A DNA stretch of 64,000 nucleotides from an uncultured Phycisphaerales bacterium (GCA_963844715.1 CAWJPJ010000006.1:192001-256000); one strand, 5' to 3'. Positions 24,808 through 35,464 are shown, counted from the first letter of the stretch. The notes: generated from the sequence alone by a model not told the origin. Program-made: numbers and translations.

Positions 24808-25469
24808 CTACTGAAGCAAAAACACCCGCACCATCCCCGGTCCATGCACCCCCTGCACCATCACCGCCTCGATATCCGCCGTCTGCGATGGCCCCGTGAT
24901 GATCGAAACCGCCCCCCCCGGATCCTCCCCCTTCATCTTCTCAAATAGATCCAGCAAATCCGCCACAATATTCTTCGGCTCGACAATCGCCACATGAATG
25001 GGCGGAATCAGTGAAAGCGCCCGCCCATGCCGCGGGTCAGGCCGAATCACCAAACTTCCCGTCTCGGCGACCGCCGCCCATACATCGGTAATCCCGCAAT
25101 CCAACTCGTACGTCTCGTCCAGGGTTATCTCGCTCCAAAAAGTAGCATCCAACCCCGCCCCGCGCAATACCGCGGGCAAATTCAATTGATCAAACAAATC
25201 GGTGTTCGTCAGACTCACCCGATGGCAGTTCTTCGATTTCAGAAACTCCAGCAATTTCCCCGCCAGTTCATCCGGCGCGACCGATTCAACAACAAACTTC
25301 GCCGCCTTGGCGGTCTTCAAATAAAGATCGGCCAGCCGAATATCCGAATGCACCAGCCGGGTAATCGGCTCGTCAATCGCCGGCGGCACCGGCGCAACCT
25401 TCAGCGGCTCACGACGCCCCAGCCCCGGCGAACCGACGCGATCCAATCTTTTTCCGCCGGCGCCGTCAT
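24808..25469 (-). CDS. lutC: LutC/YkgG (LUD domain) lactate utilisation protein
   Basis: GITDVWAAVAETGSLVI, RALSLIPPIHVA, ITGPSQTADIE..VQGVHGP; third gene of the operon; N-terminal frameshift. Confidence 0.88.
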
Positions 25470-26887
25470 GATTTCTTTCGTTCCTCCCACAAGTCATGAA
25501 ACGACTTCGCCGCTGGCGCGGGCAAATCCCTGATCTGCGTCCACCCCGAGACCGGTCCCGGCAATCGATGCACCCACCCCGTCTCCTCCGCGCGCCGCCG
25601 CAAATCCCACCGCTGAATCCCCCCGATCTTGCGGTACACCCATGGACTCTTCATCCCTTTCGCCCAAAGCCGATACAGCATTCGCTCAAAAAACCCGTTC
25701 AAATGCCGCCGCGAGATATCCCGCCGCAGTTGGACCAGGTGTTTCGGAATATCAATCTTCACCGGGCAAGCCTGATAGCAAGCCCCGCAGAGCGAACTGG
25801 CCTGCGGCAAATCCTTGTACTCCTTCAATCCCCCCAGCAGGGGACTCAGCAGCGCCCCGATCGGCCCCGGATAAACGCTCCCATACGCATGCCCCCCGAT
25901 CCCCCGAAAAATGGGGCACACGTTCAAACACGCCCCGCACCGAATGCACCGCAGAATCTCGCGATATTCCGGATTCGCGAGGATCTCCGTCCGCCCATTA
26001 TCCAGCAGAACCAGATGAAATTCCTCCGGCCCGTCCTTTTCCCCCGCCCGACGCGGCCCGCCGAAAATATTCGTGTAAACCGTCATCGATTGCCCCGTCG
26101 AACTCCGCGCCAAAAGCTTGATCATCACCGCCAGATCGCTCATCCGCGGCACAACCTTCTCAATCCCCACCAGACTCACCAAAATCCGCGGCGTAGTCAG
26201 AGACTGCCGCGCATTCCCCTCGTTCTCCACCACGCAAACCTGCCCCGTCTCGGCCACAAGAAAATTTCCCCCCGTCATCCCCAAATCCGCGCGGCGGAAT
26301 TTATCGCGCAAAAACACCCGCGCCTGCTGCGTCAAGGTAGGCGGATCATCGTTGTAAGGCGTCCCAAAATATTTACTGAACACCGTTGCGATCGACTTGC
26401 GATCCTTATGAATAATCGGCGCCACCAGATGGCTCGGCCGATCATGGCTCACCTGCACAATGAACTCCCCCAGATCCGTCTCAACAACATCGAGTTTCGC
26501 CTTCTCCAATTCATGCGTCAGCTCAATCTCCTCGCTGGCCATCGACTTGCTCTTGATGATCTTTTTGGATTTCGTCCTGGCGATGATGTCGAAGATAATC
26601 TGGCGCGCCTCGGCCCCGTCCTTGGCGAAATGAACGTGTCCCCCATTCCGCTCGACCGCGCTCTTAAACTGATCGAGATAATAATCCAAATAATCCAGCG
26701 TATGCTGCTTGATCGCCGCCCCGTGCGCTCGAAGCCCCTGCACATCCGGCAATTCCGCCCACCGCAGTTCGCGCCCCTCCTGTTTGCGATACGTGTTATT
26801 GATGACCGCCATGCGCAGCCGCTTATCCGCCGCCCCCTTGGCGGCCCCCTCCTGAAAATCAACCTTTGGCAGTCCGATCGATCCCAT
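25466..26887 (-). CDS. lutB: LutB/LldF Fe-S lactate utilisation protein
   Basis: KSKSMASEEI, VETDLGEFIVQ, PSHLVAPIIH, CIRCGACLNVCP, YPGPIG, SSLCGACYQACPVKI. Confidence 0.95.
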   Translation of the reverse strand: MGSIGLPKVDFQEGAAKGAADKRLRMAVINNTYRKQEGRELRWAELPDVQGLRAHGAAIKQHTLDYLDYYLDQFKSAVERNGGHVHFAKDGAEARQIIFDIIARTKSKKIIKSKSMASEEIELTHELEKAKLDVVETDLGEFIVQVSHDRPSHLVAPIIHKDRKSIATVFSKYFGTPYNDDPPTLTQQARVFLRDKFRRADLGMTGGNFLVAETGQVCVVENEGNARQSLTTPRILVSLVGIEKVVPRMSDLAVMIKLLARSSTGQSMTVYTNIFGGPRRAGEKDGPEEFHLVLLDNGRTEILANPEYREILRCIRCGACLNVCPIFRGIGGHAYGSVYPGPIGALLSPLLGGLKEYKDLPQASSLCGACYQACPVKIDIPKHLVQLRRDISRRHLNGFFERMLYRLWAKGMKSPWVYRKIGGIQRWDLRRRAEETGWVHRLPGPVSGWTQIRDLPAPAAKSFHDLWEERKKS

Positions 26888-26890
26888 TAA

Positions 26891-27697
26891 TCACCACCGC
26901 TCCAAATCCAAATCCAGCGCCTCCGCCAGCAACTCCGCCAGATGTACGACGCGAGTGTCCATTCCCCGCCGACGGCACATCCCCGAAATATTCATCGTGC
27001 ACCCCGCGTCATTGCATACCACCATCTCCGCTCCGCTCTTGGCAATGCAATCCGTCTTATCCTCCACAATCGCGCCGCTCACAACCGGATATTTCACCGC
27101 AAAAGTCCCCCCAAACCCGCAGCACTGATCGGTCCGCTCCAATGGCAACAACTTCACATTCCCCAGCTCCCGCAAAATCCGCGGCGCCTGGGGAGAAATC
27201 CCCAGCCCCCGCAAATGGCAAGTATAGTGATACGCGATCGTGCGTTCCCGCTTCAGCTCCAACGCCGAAACGTCCACCTTCAAAACCTTGTCCAAAAACT
27301 CCACGAACTCAAAAGTCTTATGCGCCGTCTCTGACACCGCCGGATCATCCTTAATCAACTCCGGATAATGCTCCCGCACCATCGAGCAGCAGGACCCGCT
27401 GGGGCTAACGATGTATTGGTACGGCTTGAAAATCTCCACCCACCGCCGAGCCAAATCCCGCGCCTCCCGAGAATAGCCATTGTTGTACATCGGCTGCCCG
27501 CAGCAAGTCTGCTTCCCGGGGAAGTGCACCTCACACCCAAAATGCTCGATAATTTTCGTGACCGCCATGCCCACGCGCGGAAAAAACTGATCCGTCAAAC
27601 AAGTAACAAACAAAGCAACCCGAGGCTTGCCAGGTTTAACCCCCTCTTTCGGTATTCCGAGAGAGGGCAGGGGTGAGCGCAATTCATCATTCATCAT
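26891..27697 (-). CDS. lutA: LutA/LldE CCG-domain Fe-S oxidoreductase
   Basis: ALFVTCLTD, QTCCGQP, PSGSCC, YHYTCH, CCGFGGTFAVK, DAGCTMNI. Confidence 0.93.
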   Translation of the reverse strand: MMNDELRSPLPSLGIPKEGVKPGKPRVALFVTCLTDQFFPRVGMAVTKIIEHFGCEVHFPGKQTCCGQPMYNNGYSREARDLARRWVEIFKPYQYIVSPSGSCCSMVREHYPELIKDDPAVSETAHKTFEFVEFLDKVLKVDVSALELKRERTIAYHYTCHLRGLGISPQAPRILRELGNVKLLPLERTDQCCGFGGTFAVKYPVVSGAIVEDKTDCIAKSGAEMVVCNDAGCTMNISGMCRRRGMDTRVVHLAELLAEALDLDLERW

Positions 27698-27750
27698 TCA
27701 CCGTTAATTCGCCCCTCACCCTATCCCTCTCCCCGAGTACAGGGAGAGGG
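27640..27750. repeat. REP pair of the CCCTCACCC..CTCTCCC..GGGAGAGGG family flanking a TCATTCA array
   Basis: Right arm 27711-27750 matches the reverse complement of 37857-37896 at 39/40; degenerate inverted left arm 27640-27679 lies in the lutA 5' end. Confidence 0.85.
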
Positions 27751-27757
27751 TAATAGC

Positions 27758-28309
27758 TCAAGGCGTAGGAGGATACTTACTCAGCTTTCGTTGCAGCGAC
27801 CGCCGATGAATCCCCAGCACTCGCGCCGCCTGCGAAATATTCCCCCCGCAATCCGTCAGAATGCGCTGGATATGCTCCCATTCGACGTGCGCCAGCGAAG
27901 GCGCCGTCTGCGGCGGTGGGGGGGCCATCTCGCCGGCGCGGTCAAACGCCGCCAAAATCTGGTCCGCATCCGCCGGTTTAGTCAGGTAATCCGCCGCCCC
28001 GCGCCGCATCGCCTCCAGCGCCGTCGCGATGCTTCCATAACTCGTCAACACCACGATATCCATCTCCGAGTCGATCTCCAGAAGATCGCTCACCAGATCG
28101 ATCCCCGACCCGCCCGGCATCCGCAAATCCACCACAGCCCGGTCCGGCTTGAATCGCACCGCCGCCTCCAGCGCCTCCGCCGGCGACCCCGATCCCTGCG
28201 CCGCCAGTTTCCTGGCGCACAAAGCCGCCACCAGACGCTCGCGGAACGTCGCGTCGTCGTCCACGACCATGATTCTCAGTTTCGCTGTTTCGGTAAGCGT
28301 CGTAGTCAT
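27758..28309 (-). CDS. regA: RegA/PrrA/ActR-family response regulator
   Basis: VVDDD, VDLRMP, TSYGSIATA, YLTKPADADQI, SLAHVEWEHIQRIL..GNISQAARVLGIHRRSLQRKL. Confidence 0.92.
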   Translation of the reverse strand: MTTTLTETAKLRIMVVDDDATFRERLVAALCARKLAAQGSGSPAEALEAAVRFKPDRAVVDLRMPGGSGIDLVSDLLEIDSEMDIVVLTSYGSIATALEAMRRGAADYLTKPADADQILAAFDRAGEMAPPPPQTAPSLAHVEWEHIQRILTDCGGNISQAARVLGIHRRSLQRKLSKYPPTP

Positions 28310-28328
28310 AACTCGCGCGCAGCCGGTT

Positions 28329-29618
28329 TCAATGCGCGGGCAATTCCAGGGTCGCACACGTCCCTTCGCCTGGACGGGATTCAAATCTCAATCTCCCGCC
28401 CAACTTTTCCGCCACCAGCCGCGCCAGGAACAGGCCGAGGCCCATCCCCTTTCCAGGCGGCTTGGTGGTGAAGAACGGTTCCCCGGCGCGGCGAGCCACT
28501 TCCTCGCTCATCCCGGGTCCCTGATCCCGCACGTCGAAGAATATATGCCCACCAGCCGCATGGATGCAAAGCCTCACCCCCTTGCCCCCCGGGGAAACAG
28601 CCAAGGCGTTGTCCACCAATATCGCCACCGCCTGCTGCACCGCACGCACGGGAAGCTCGATATTCGGCAGTTCCGCCGCGCATTCCACCCTCAAAACCTC
28701 CCGCACGCCAGGCTCCATACCCCCGATTAACGCCGCCAAAAATTCCTCCGCCGGCATCGCGCTCCGCTTCCGCCACTCCCCCTGAAGCACATCCACCCGC
28801 ATCCGCCCCAGGATCAACTGGCACCGGTCCACCTCCCGCCGGATCAGTTGCGCATCCTTCCCCACCCCATCCGCCTCCGGAAGCTGCTTGGATTGCACCT
28901 CCAACTCCCGCGCCACCACCGCAATCGTGCTCAGCGGCGTATTCAATTCGTGCGCCGCGCCAGCCGCCAACGTCGTCAGGGACGCAAGCTGTTCATTCCG
29001 CGCCGCCCGCTCCCGCGCATCGGCCAGTTCCCTCTCCCGCCGCCGAAGCGAGCGCGTCGTCCGCCCCACGAAATAGACGATGACGATCGCCACCAAAACC
29101 AGCGCCACCCAATCCGCCGCCGCTGCCGATTCCGGCGCAAGATGCAGCGCGTAAGGCGAAGGCCACAAAAATAGCAACCCATAACAAGCCGCCGTCGTCG
29201 CCACTACCAGCCAAGGCCAGTTATCGTCCAGAGTCACCACCGCCATCGCGACGTGCACCAGATAAAGCGCACTAAACGGATTGCTCGGGCCGCCGCTGCA
29301 AATCAGCAGAGCCGTCAAAAGCCCCACGTCCAGAATCAAAACCCCCGGCACCAGCCAACCCGGCGCAGCCGGCGCCGGCCGCGTCGTCCAAAAATGAATG
29401 ACGACGTTGCTCGCCAACGTCAGCAGAATGACCGATTCAATCGCCCCAAGGGGAAGTTTCAGTTTCAGGATGAAATACGCAACCAGAGTCGCGATAGTTT
29501 GCCCCGCCGCCGCCAGCCAGCGCAAACGCACCAGCCAGCGCAAAACGATCTGAGTCTCCTGCGCGGTTCCCCGCGCCAGGTCCGGCGTCGTCCATGCCTT
29601 GCTTGCCGACGCCGTCAC
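28329..29618 (-). CDS. regB: RegB/PrrB-family sensor histidine kinase
   Basis: LVRLRWLA, SGGPSNPF, LAAGAAHELNTPLSTI, DQGPGM, EPFFTTKPPGKGMGLGLF. Confidence 0.92.
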   Translation of the reverse strand: MTASASKAWTTPDLARGTAQETQIVLRWLVRLRWLAAAGQTIATLVAYFILKLKLPLGAIESVILLTLASNVVIHFWTTRPAPAAPGWLVPGVLILDVGLLTALLICSGGPSNPFSALYLVHVAMAVVTLDDNWPWLVVATTAACYGLLFLWPSPYALHLAPESAAAADWVALVLVAIVIVYFVGRTTRSLRRRERELADARERAARNEQLASLTTLAAGAAHELNTPLSTIAVVARELEVQSKQLPEADGVGKDAQLIRREVDRCQLILGRMRVDVLQGEWRKRSAMPAEEFLAALIGGMEPGVREVLRVECAAELPNIELPVRAVQQAVAILVDNALAVSPGGKGVRLCIHAAGGHIFFDVRDQGPGMSEEVARRAGEPFFTTKPPGKGMGLGLFLARLVAEKLGGRLRFESRPGEGTCATLELPAH

Positions 29619-30127
29619 CGAGGCTCCTCATACACCGCCGGGTCTTCCTTGTCCCCGACATGACGGATCATGGCCCGTCCGCTCGGCCAGAACGTCACGA
29701 AAAACATGAACGCGATCAAAGCCGGAAAAAGATTCGGCAGCAACTGATTCTGCACCAGGCACCCCGCCAGGCTGAACAACCCGCCTATTTCCAGCGTCAA
29801 CCAGATCAGCAGCATCCCGGAAAGATATTTCCCCGGCGACACGACTTCTCCCGTCCAATACGCCTTGAACACATTGCTCCGCGCAAAAAACGAAATCGGC
29901 CCCGCGACGAGCAAATAAATAATCGCCGCGATGAACCAGGTCTGATGCGCATGCGGAGACACCGTCACGCGCGATTCCGCATTCAGCGTCCAGACCACGT
30001 GCAAAAACATAAAGAACGGCGCCACCAGAAGCACCATCCAACAAACCCAGGCGATGCGAATAGCCGTCGCCGGCGACAAGCCCGAAACTCCCGATGGAAC
30101 ATGGGGATGGGAAGCCGATTCGCTCAT
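29615..30127 (-). CDS. Hypothetical 4-TM membrane protein
   Basis: 170 aa with four hydrophobic segments; overlaps the regB start by 4 nt. Confidence 0.7.
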   Translation of the reverse strand: MSESASHPHVPSGVSGLSPATAIRIAWVCWMVLLVAPFFMFLHVVWTLNAESRVTVSPHAHQTWFIAAIIYLLVAGPISFFARSNVFKAYWTGEVVSPGKYLSGMLLIWLTLEIGGLFSLAGCLVQNQLLPNLFPALIAFMFFVTFWPSGRAMIRHVGDKEDPAVYEEPR

Positions 30128-30263
30128 CTGATCGTCTCCTTGTTTGCTGCCGTCCGCTATTCCACATTGTACCTACTATTTCACCAGAATCGCATGCGGA
30201 AATTTCTTGATAACACAAGTAATGAGATAGAGAATTATTTCACACACTATATGGGGAGGCTAT

Positions 30264-30850
30264 ATGGATTGGGGCGAGGATCCGGGGGAGCAAGCTCCCC
30301 CGGCTTCGCAAAAGAAGAAAGGGTCCCCGTGGAACGGATGGTATCATTGCATCGTCCACACTTACGGGACTTGGTTGCCTGGCGACCCGCGGATTTCGCA
30401 CCGCCCATCATCGAGTACATGTCGAGGGCGATTACAAATCCCCACCGCCTCGCGGCACTTATGATCGCCTTCATAAGCACGTGAAAAACAAAATGCCGCG
30501 AGAGCCGGTATTTATCAAACCCGACCATCGCCGCCAAATTGCGCAATTCCTGGTCGACTACCTTTTGCGTCGAAACATTGACCTCGTCGCGCTGAGCGTC
30601 GACGCCACGCACTTTCACCTCCTCGGTCGTTTCCGCACAAGCGACCCCGAATACCCGATTGGAATCGCAAAGAGAGAAACCTCGTACTACGCCAAAGCCG
30701 CCCGCATTGCCCGCCCCGGCGGCCTATGGGCCATAGGCGGCAAATACCAACCCATCCGCGACCGCCAACACCAACTAGCCACGGTGCGATATATTTTAAA
30801 GCATCGCCAAAAGGCGCAGCCATCTGGTTCCAAGGAAAGCTCTCCCCTCC
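30264..30850 (+). mobile_element. REP-associated tyrosine transposase (RAYT / Y1 HUH family), frameshifted
   Basis: YHCIVHTYGTWLPGDPR, HUH motif DATHFHLL, GIAKRETS, LWAIG, TVRYILKH (putative catalytic Tyr); flanked by 31-bp inverted REPs. Confidence 0.8.
30279..30309 (-). repeat. REP, left of the RAYT
   Basis: GATCCGGGGGAGCAAGCTCCCCCGGCTTCGC, exact reverse complement of 30853-30883. Confidence 0.92.
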
Positions 30851-30852
30851 CC

Positions 30853-30883
30853 GCGAAGCCGGGGGAGCTTGCTCCCCCGGATC
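30853..30883 (+). repeat. REP, right of the RAYT
   Basis: GCGAAG-CCGGGGGAGC-TT-GCTCCCCCGG-ATC: 10-bp stem with 2-nt loop. Confidence 0.92.
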
Positions 30884-30895
30884 TCCCCCCGCCCC

Positions 30896-31389
30896 TCACC
30901 CCACGTAAAAAAACGACAAGTGCAATTCCCCATGCCGAAGTGCCAGCTCGATCCACACCTCATGCGTCATCGCCCCAAACAACGGATTCGCCTCCATTGG
31001 CGCACCCGCCCGCAGCCGCGCATTGGCCGCCAGAAACTTCTTCAATCCCTCCTCCGTCGAAATCGCCTCCGTCCCAAACGTCCCGCCCGCTACGTTAGGA
31101 ATGCATTTCCCCGCTGGGATCGGCCCGCGCAGTAATCTCCCCTTCATTGGCCGGATCATCGCCTTGATATAAAACGGTACCTTCATCGGATACCCGTCAA
31201 ATCCAAAATTCGTCCACGCCGCCAAATGCCCCACGCCTGGCCCAAAGACCAATTCCCAAGTCGGTGCAATTTCCCCGCCGCATCCCCCTCCGCCAGAGCC
31301 CGTGCGTCCGCGTCCAACTGTGCGAGATCCGTAAAATGCAGTTCCCGCCGCCCCGTGACATTCCCCGTGTCGATGGTCCCCATCCCCAC
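30896..31389 (-). CDS. DUF1569 / DinB-like protein (frameshifted)
   Basis: RRELHF, GNWSLGQ..GHLA, NPLFGAMTHEVWIELALRHGELHLSF. Confidence 0.78.
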
Positions 31390-31404
31390 ATTATAAACCG
31401 CGAT

Positions 31405-32851
31405 TCACTGCGGCACATGCCTTCCCGGCTTCAGCAGCGTCACCCGCACCTTCTCGCTCGGCACCACCTTCCCCGGATTAATCTGCTCCTCCGGATCAAA
31501 CGCCCCCTTGATCCGCGAAAAAAGCCCCAGCGTAGGCTCATCAAACAGATACGGCATCAGATGCAATTTCTCCACGCCCACCCCATGCTCCCCGGTTATC
31601 GTCCCACCCACATCCACGCAAAATTGCAAAACCTTCTCCGCCGCCCGCAGCGTGTTCTGCACCTGGCTCTCATCCCGATCATCATAAAGAAAAATCGGAT
31701 GCACATTCCCATCCCCCGCATGGAACACATTGGTGATCTGCAATCCATGCTCGCGCCCAATCTCCCCAATCCTCCGCAAAACCTCCGGCAACTTACTCCG
31801 AGGCACACAAGCGTCCTGCGTGCAATAGCTATGACTGATCCGCCCGATCGCCCCAAACGCATTCTTCCGCGCCCGCCACAAATGCGCCCGCCTCTGGGCA
31901 TCCCGGCTCGATTCAACGCTGATCGCTCCGCGCCTTCGATGAATCTCCAAAATCATCTCCAATTCCCCATCCAGCAACTCATCGATCCCGTCAATCTCCG
32001 TCAAAAGCAGCGCCTGCGCTTCTTTAGGAAACCCAAAGCCAAACGCCTGCTCGACCACGCGCACCATCTGCCCGTCCAGCATCTCCATCGCCGCCGGCAG
32101 CAGCCCCGACGAAATCACATCCGCCACCGCCGCCGAGGCGTCTGACGACGATGCGAACAATCCGACGATCGTCCGAAACGCCGTCGGCTTAGGCGCCAAC
32201 CTCACCCAAAGCGATGTAATAATCCCAAAAGTCCCCTCCGACCCGCAGATCAGTCCTGCCAAATCAATCGGCCCCGCCTCGCAAGCCCCATTCTCACCGC
32301 CCGTGCGCAAGATCGACCCATCCGCCAGCACCATCTCAATCCCAAAGACATGATTCGCCGAGACAAAATCCTTGAGCGTGTGAATCCCCCCGGCGTTCGT
32401 CGCCGCGTTCCCTCCAATCGTGCTGGCCCTTTGACTAGAAGGATCAGGCGCGAAAATGATATCCCGCTCCACCGGGGATCGCCGCCACCGCATCCGAAAG
32501 CTGCGTATTGCGAACTCCCGCCTGAACGTGCGCCGCGCGATTCGCCAAATCGATCTTAAGAATCCGCGTCATCCGCGTGGTCGAGACAATCACCCCGTCC
32601 CCAAACGCCACGCACCCACCCGCCAGCCCCGTCCCCGACCCTCTCGGCACGATAGGGCACCCATGCCGCCCCAAAACCTTCACCACCGCGCTCACCTGCT
32701 CCGTCGTCGTCGGAAAAACCACCGCCGACGGCCGCGCCTTGGCGATCGTGAACCCGTCGCTCTCATAAACCAAAAGCTCATCCGCATCGCTCAGCACCGA
32801 TCCCAGCGGAAGAACCCCGGCGAGCTCGTTAAAAAGAGCAACAGAAATCAT
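31405..32851 (-). CDS. glcD: FAD-linked oxidase, GlcD/D-lactate dehydrogenase-like (frameshift near 32480)
   Basis: VPRGSGTGLAGG, APDPSSQRASTIGGNAATNAGG, GSEGTFG, QDACVPR, FHAGDGNVHP, GTITGEHGVGVEK, NPGK. Confidence 0.85.
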
Positions 32852-33525
32852 GACTCCGTCGCGTCCGCAATTCGAACCGCCCGAATGAACTTCTGAATCT
32901 TCTCCGGAGACTTTTTACGCTTCTCCTCCTCCACGCCGCTGCTCACATCCACCCCATAAGGCCGCAGCATCCGCACCACCTTCCCCACACTCTGTGGCCG
33001 CAATCCCCCCGCGACAATCACCGCCGGCAACCCCGCAAACGCCCCCGACTTCTTCAGCCTCAAAATCGCCTTCCAATCATTGGCAATCCCGCTCCCCCCC
33101 GGCATCCCGCTCGCCGTCTCGAGCAAAATCCCCTTCAAATTCGTCAGCTTCAGCCGCCGAATCTCCTTCTTCCAGAATTTCAAAGTCCGCGCGATGTGCC
33201 CATCCACGTGCAACGCCTTGACCACCGCACGCGGCTTAAGCGACGCCACAAACTCCGGCGTCTCATGCCCCTGAAGCTGAATCACATCAATCGGCACCTG
33301 CCGCAAAGTCTCCGCCACCTTCCGCCCATTCGCATTCACAAACAACCCCGCGACCGTCACCAACCCCGGCACTGCTCCCACAATCCGATTCGCCTGCTTC
33401 GCCGTCAAAATTCGCTTCGAAGGCCCATGCAAAACCACCCCAATCGCATCCGCCCCGGCTTCCACAGCCGCCAGCGCATCCTCAGCCCGACAAACCCCAC
33501 AAATTTTGATTCGCGTCCGACTCAT
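32848..33525 (-). CDS. trpF: Phosphoribosylanthranilate isomerase
   Basis: RIKICGV, GADAIG, IQLQGHET, GGSG..DW, VAGGLRP, GVDVSSGVE. Confidence 0.93.
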   Translation of the reverse strand: MSRTRIKICGVCRAEDALAAVEAGADAIGVVLHGPSKRILTAKQANRIVGAVPGLVTVAGLFVNANGRKVAETLRQVPIDVIQLQGHETPEFVASLKPRAVVKALHVDGHIARTLKFWKKEIRRLKLTNLKGILLETASGMPGGSGIANDWKAILRLKKSGAFAGLPAVIVAGGLRPQSVGKVVRMLRPYGVDVSSGVEEEKRKKSPEKIQKFIRAVRIADATES

Positions 33526-33555
33526 GATTTAACCCTGCCGCTCCAAACAATTCTC

Positions 33556-33658
33556 CCCTCTCCCCATGTACTCATGGGGAGAGGGCCAGGGTGAGGGGCG
33601 ATCTTGGAACGTCGAACGCCGTCCTTCACCCTAAACCCTTCCGGGAACACGGGGGAGG
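33556..33658. repeat. CCCTCACCC-family REP plus a degenerate inverted arm
   Basis: ccctctccccatgtactcatggggagagggccagggtgaggggc (33556-33599), then ccttcaccctaaacccttccgggaacacgggggagg. Confidence 0.75.
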
Positions 33659-33689
33659 CATGCGGCGCCGACTTATCAATCAGCATTTC

Positions 33690-35402
33690 CTATTTCGCCA
33701 ACCGCGTAAGCTCCTCTTCCATCGCCTTCATCAGCGGCCTCAACGTCCTCTCGGAAAAATCAAACTCAATTCCCGCCGCCTCGAACAACTCCGGCAGCGG
33801 CCGCGTCCCGCCCAGCGCCAGCGCCGCCCGATATCGCTCAATCGCCGCCGCCTGATCCTGCCTCGATTTCACCCACATCTGCAACGCTCCAAGCTGCGCA
33901 ATCCCATATTCAATGTAATAAAACGGCGACCCAAACAAATGTGTCTGCCTCTGCCACATCGATTCGCGCGTCTCTTCACACCCACTCCAATCCACTTTGC
34001 TCCCGAAGCGATCCAGCAGTCCAAGCCACGTCCGTTTCCGCGCCGTCCGCGTGTGCCGCGGCGTCGTATACAGCCAATGCTGAAATGAATCGATCGTCGC
34101 CATCCAAGGCAGGAACCGGATGATCCCCTCAATCATATTCCGCCGCGCACGATTGGCCTCGGGTATGTCATAAAAAATCGAGAAATGCTGGCTCCCCAGC
34201 AATTCCATCGACATGCTCGCCACTTCGCAGAATTCCATGGGCGCCGTCCGCAGGAAAACCACATCTTCCGCCGCCGACGCCGCGAGATGATGAAACGCAT
34301 GCCCGCCCTCATGCAAAAGCGTCTCGACGTCCCGCTGCAATCCCGCCGCGTTCATGAAAATGAACGGCTTGCGCGACTCCTCCAGCGGCATCAGATACCC
34401 GCCCGGCTGCTTCCCCTTGCGGCTCTGCAAATCCAGATTCCCCGACGCTCGCAACCGATCAAATTCAAACCCCAGCGCCGGCGACAGCCGCACGAAAATC
34501 TCCCGCGTCTTGTCCAGAAAGTCGTCGATATCCGCCGCATCAAACGGCCGCAGCGGCGGCCGGCTCTTCGGATCCACCGCCGTATCCCAAGGCCGCAATT
34601 TCTCCAATCCCAAATCCAGCAACCTCTGCTGATCCAGCCGCCGAACCACCGGCACAACCGTCTCCGCGATCGCATCCGCGAACTTCAAACAATCTTCCGG
34701 CGCGTAATCAAACCGCTTCAGCGCCTTCCATTGATAGGCCCGAAAATCCACGCACGCCGCATTCCGCGCGATCTGCTGCCTCAGCGGCAGCAATCCCTCG
34801 AAGATCGTCTCAATCGCGTCCCGGTCGTTGAGCCGGCGCCGCGCCGCCGACTCCCACGCCTCGCGCCGCGTCGCCCGGTCCGGCTCCTCCTGGAACCGCG
34901 CCATCTGCTGCATCGTGTAATCCTGCCCCCGGAAATGCACCATCATCCGCCCGTTGATCTGGTCGAATTCCGTCACCCGCCGCGTCAGCTCCGTCTCGAT
35001 CGCTACGTTTTCCTCGCGGAATATTTCCACATCCGCCTGCCATTTCTTTCGCAATTCTTCAAACCGCTCCCCCATCTGGTCCGCGAAAGACGACTGCAAA
35101 TATTTCTTCTGCAACTGAAAAATCAGCGGCTTGATCTTCGGCTCGACATTCTCCACGAAATCGAGATACCGCTTCAAAACCGCCTTGTCGTCCGTATGGC
35201 AGCTCTTGTCGATGTATTTCCGGCTCCCGTATTCGTCGACAACGGCCGTCAGCTCCGAAAAATCGTCCATCCACCGCCGCAATTGCTCGACGGAATCCAC
35301 CGGCCGGAAGAGCAACCCCCGATACAACGTCTCAAGTTTCGAAAAATCCGCCACGTCCAATCCCGGCGGCACATACCGGTCCGGCGGCAAAGTTGCGGGC
35401 AT
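33690..35402 (-). CDS. M3-family oligoendopeptidase F
   Basis: RKGKQPGGY, PFIFMN, TLLHEGGHAFH, EFCEVASMSMEL, PFYYIEYGIAQLGA. Confidence 0.93.
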   Translation of the reverse strand: MPATLPPDRYVPPGLDVADFSKLETLYRGLLFRPVDSVEQLRRWMDDFSELTAVVDEYGSRKYIDKSCHTDDKAVLKRYLDFVENVEPKIKPLIFQLQKKYLQSSFADQMGERFEELRKKWQADVEIFREENVAIETELTRRVTEFDQINGRMMVHFRGQDYTMQQMARFQEEPDRATRREAWESAARRRLNDRDAIETIFEGLLPLRQQIARNAACVDFRAYQWKALKRFDYAPEDCLKFADAIAETVVPVVRRLDQQRLLDLGLEKLRPWDTAVDPKSRPPLRPFDAADIDDFLDKTREIFVRLSPALGFEFDRLRASGNLDLQSRKGKQPGGYLMPLEESRKPFIFMNAAGLQRDVETLLHEGGHAFHHLAASAAEDVVFLRTAPMEFCEVASMSMELLGSQHFSIFYDIPEANRARRNMIEGIIRFLPWMATIDSFQHWLYTTPRHTRTARKRTWLGLLDRFGSKVDWSGCEETRESMWQRQTHLFGSPFYYIEYGIAQLGALQMWVKSRQDQAAAIERYRAALALGGTRPLPELFEAAGIEFDFSERTLRPLMKAMEEELTRLAK

Positions 35403-35464
35403 CGCAAAGTCCTCTAAATTGGTCCACCGTGAACACTAATCGCCCCTCGCGCCGCAAGCAACCG

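Noticed and set aside
25496..26890. Long antisense ORFs (e.g. 25496..26890 +, 34185..35417 +, 36896..37891 +, 23728..24711 -)
   Set aside because: Shadow frames of recognisable genes in GC-rich DNA, with low-complexity composition and no motifs
33526..33689. Trp attenuator upstream of trpF
   Set aside because: The region is occupied by a REP pair; no Trp-rich leader or U-tract terminator was seen
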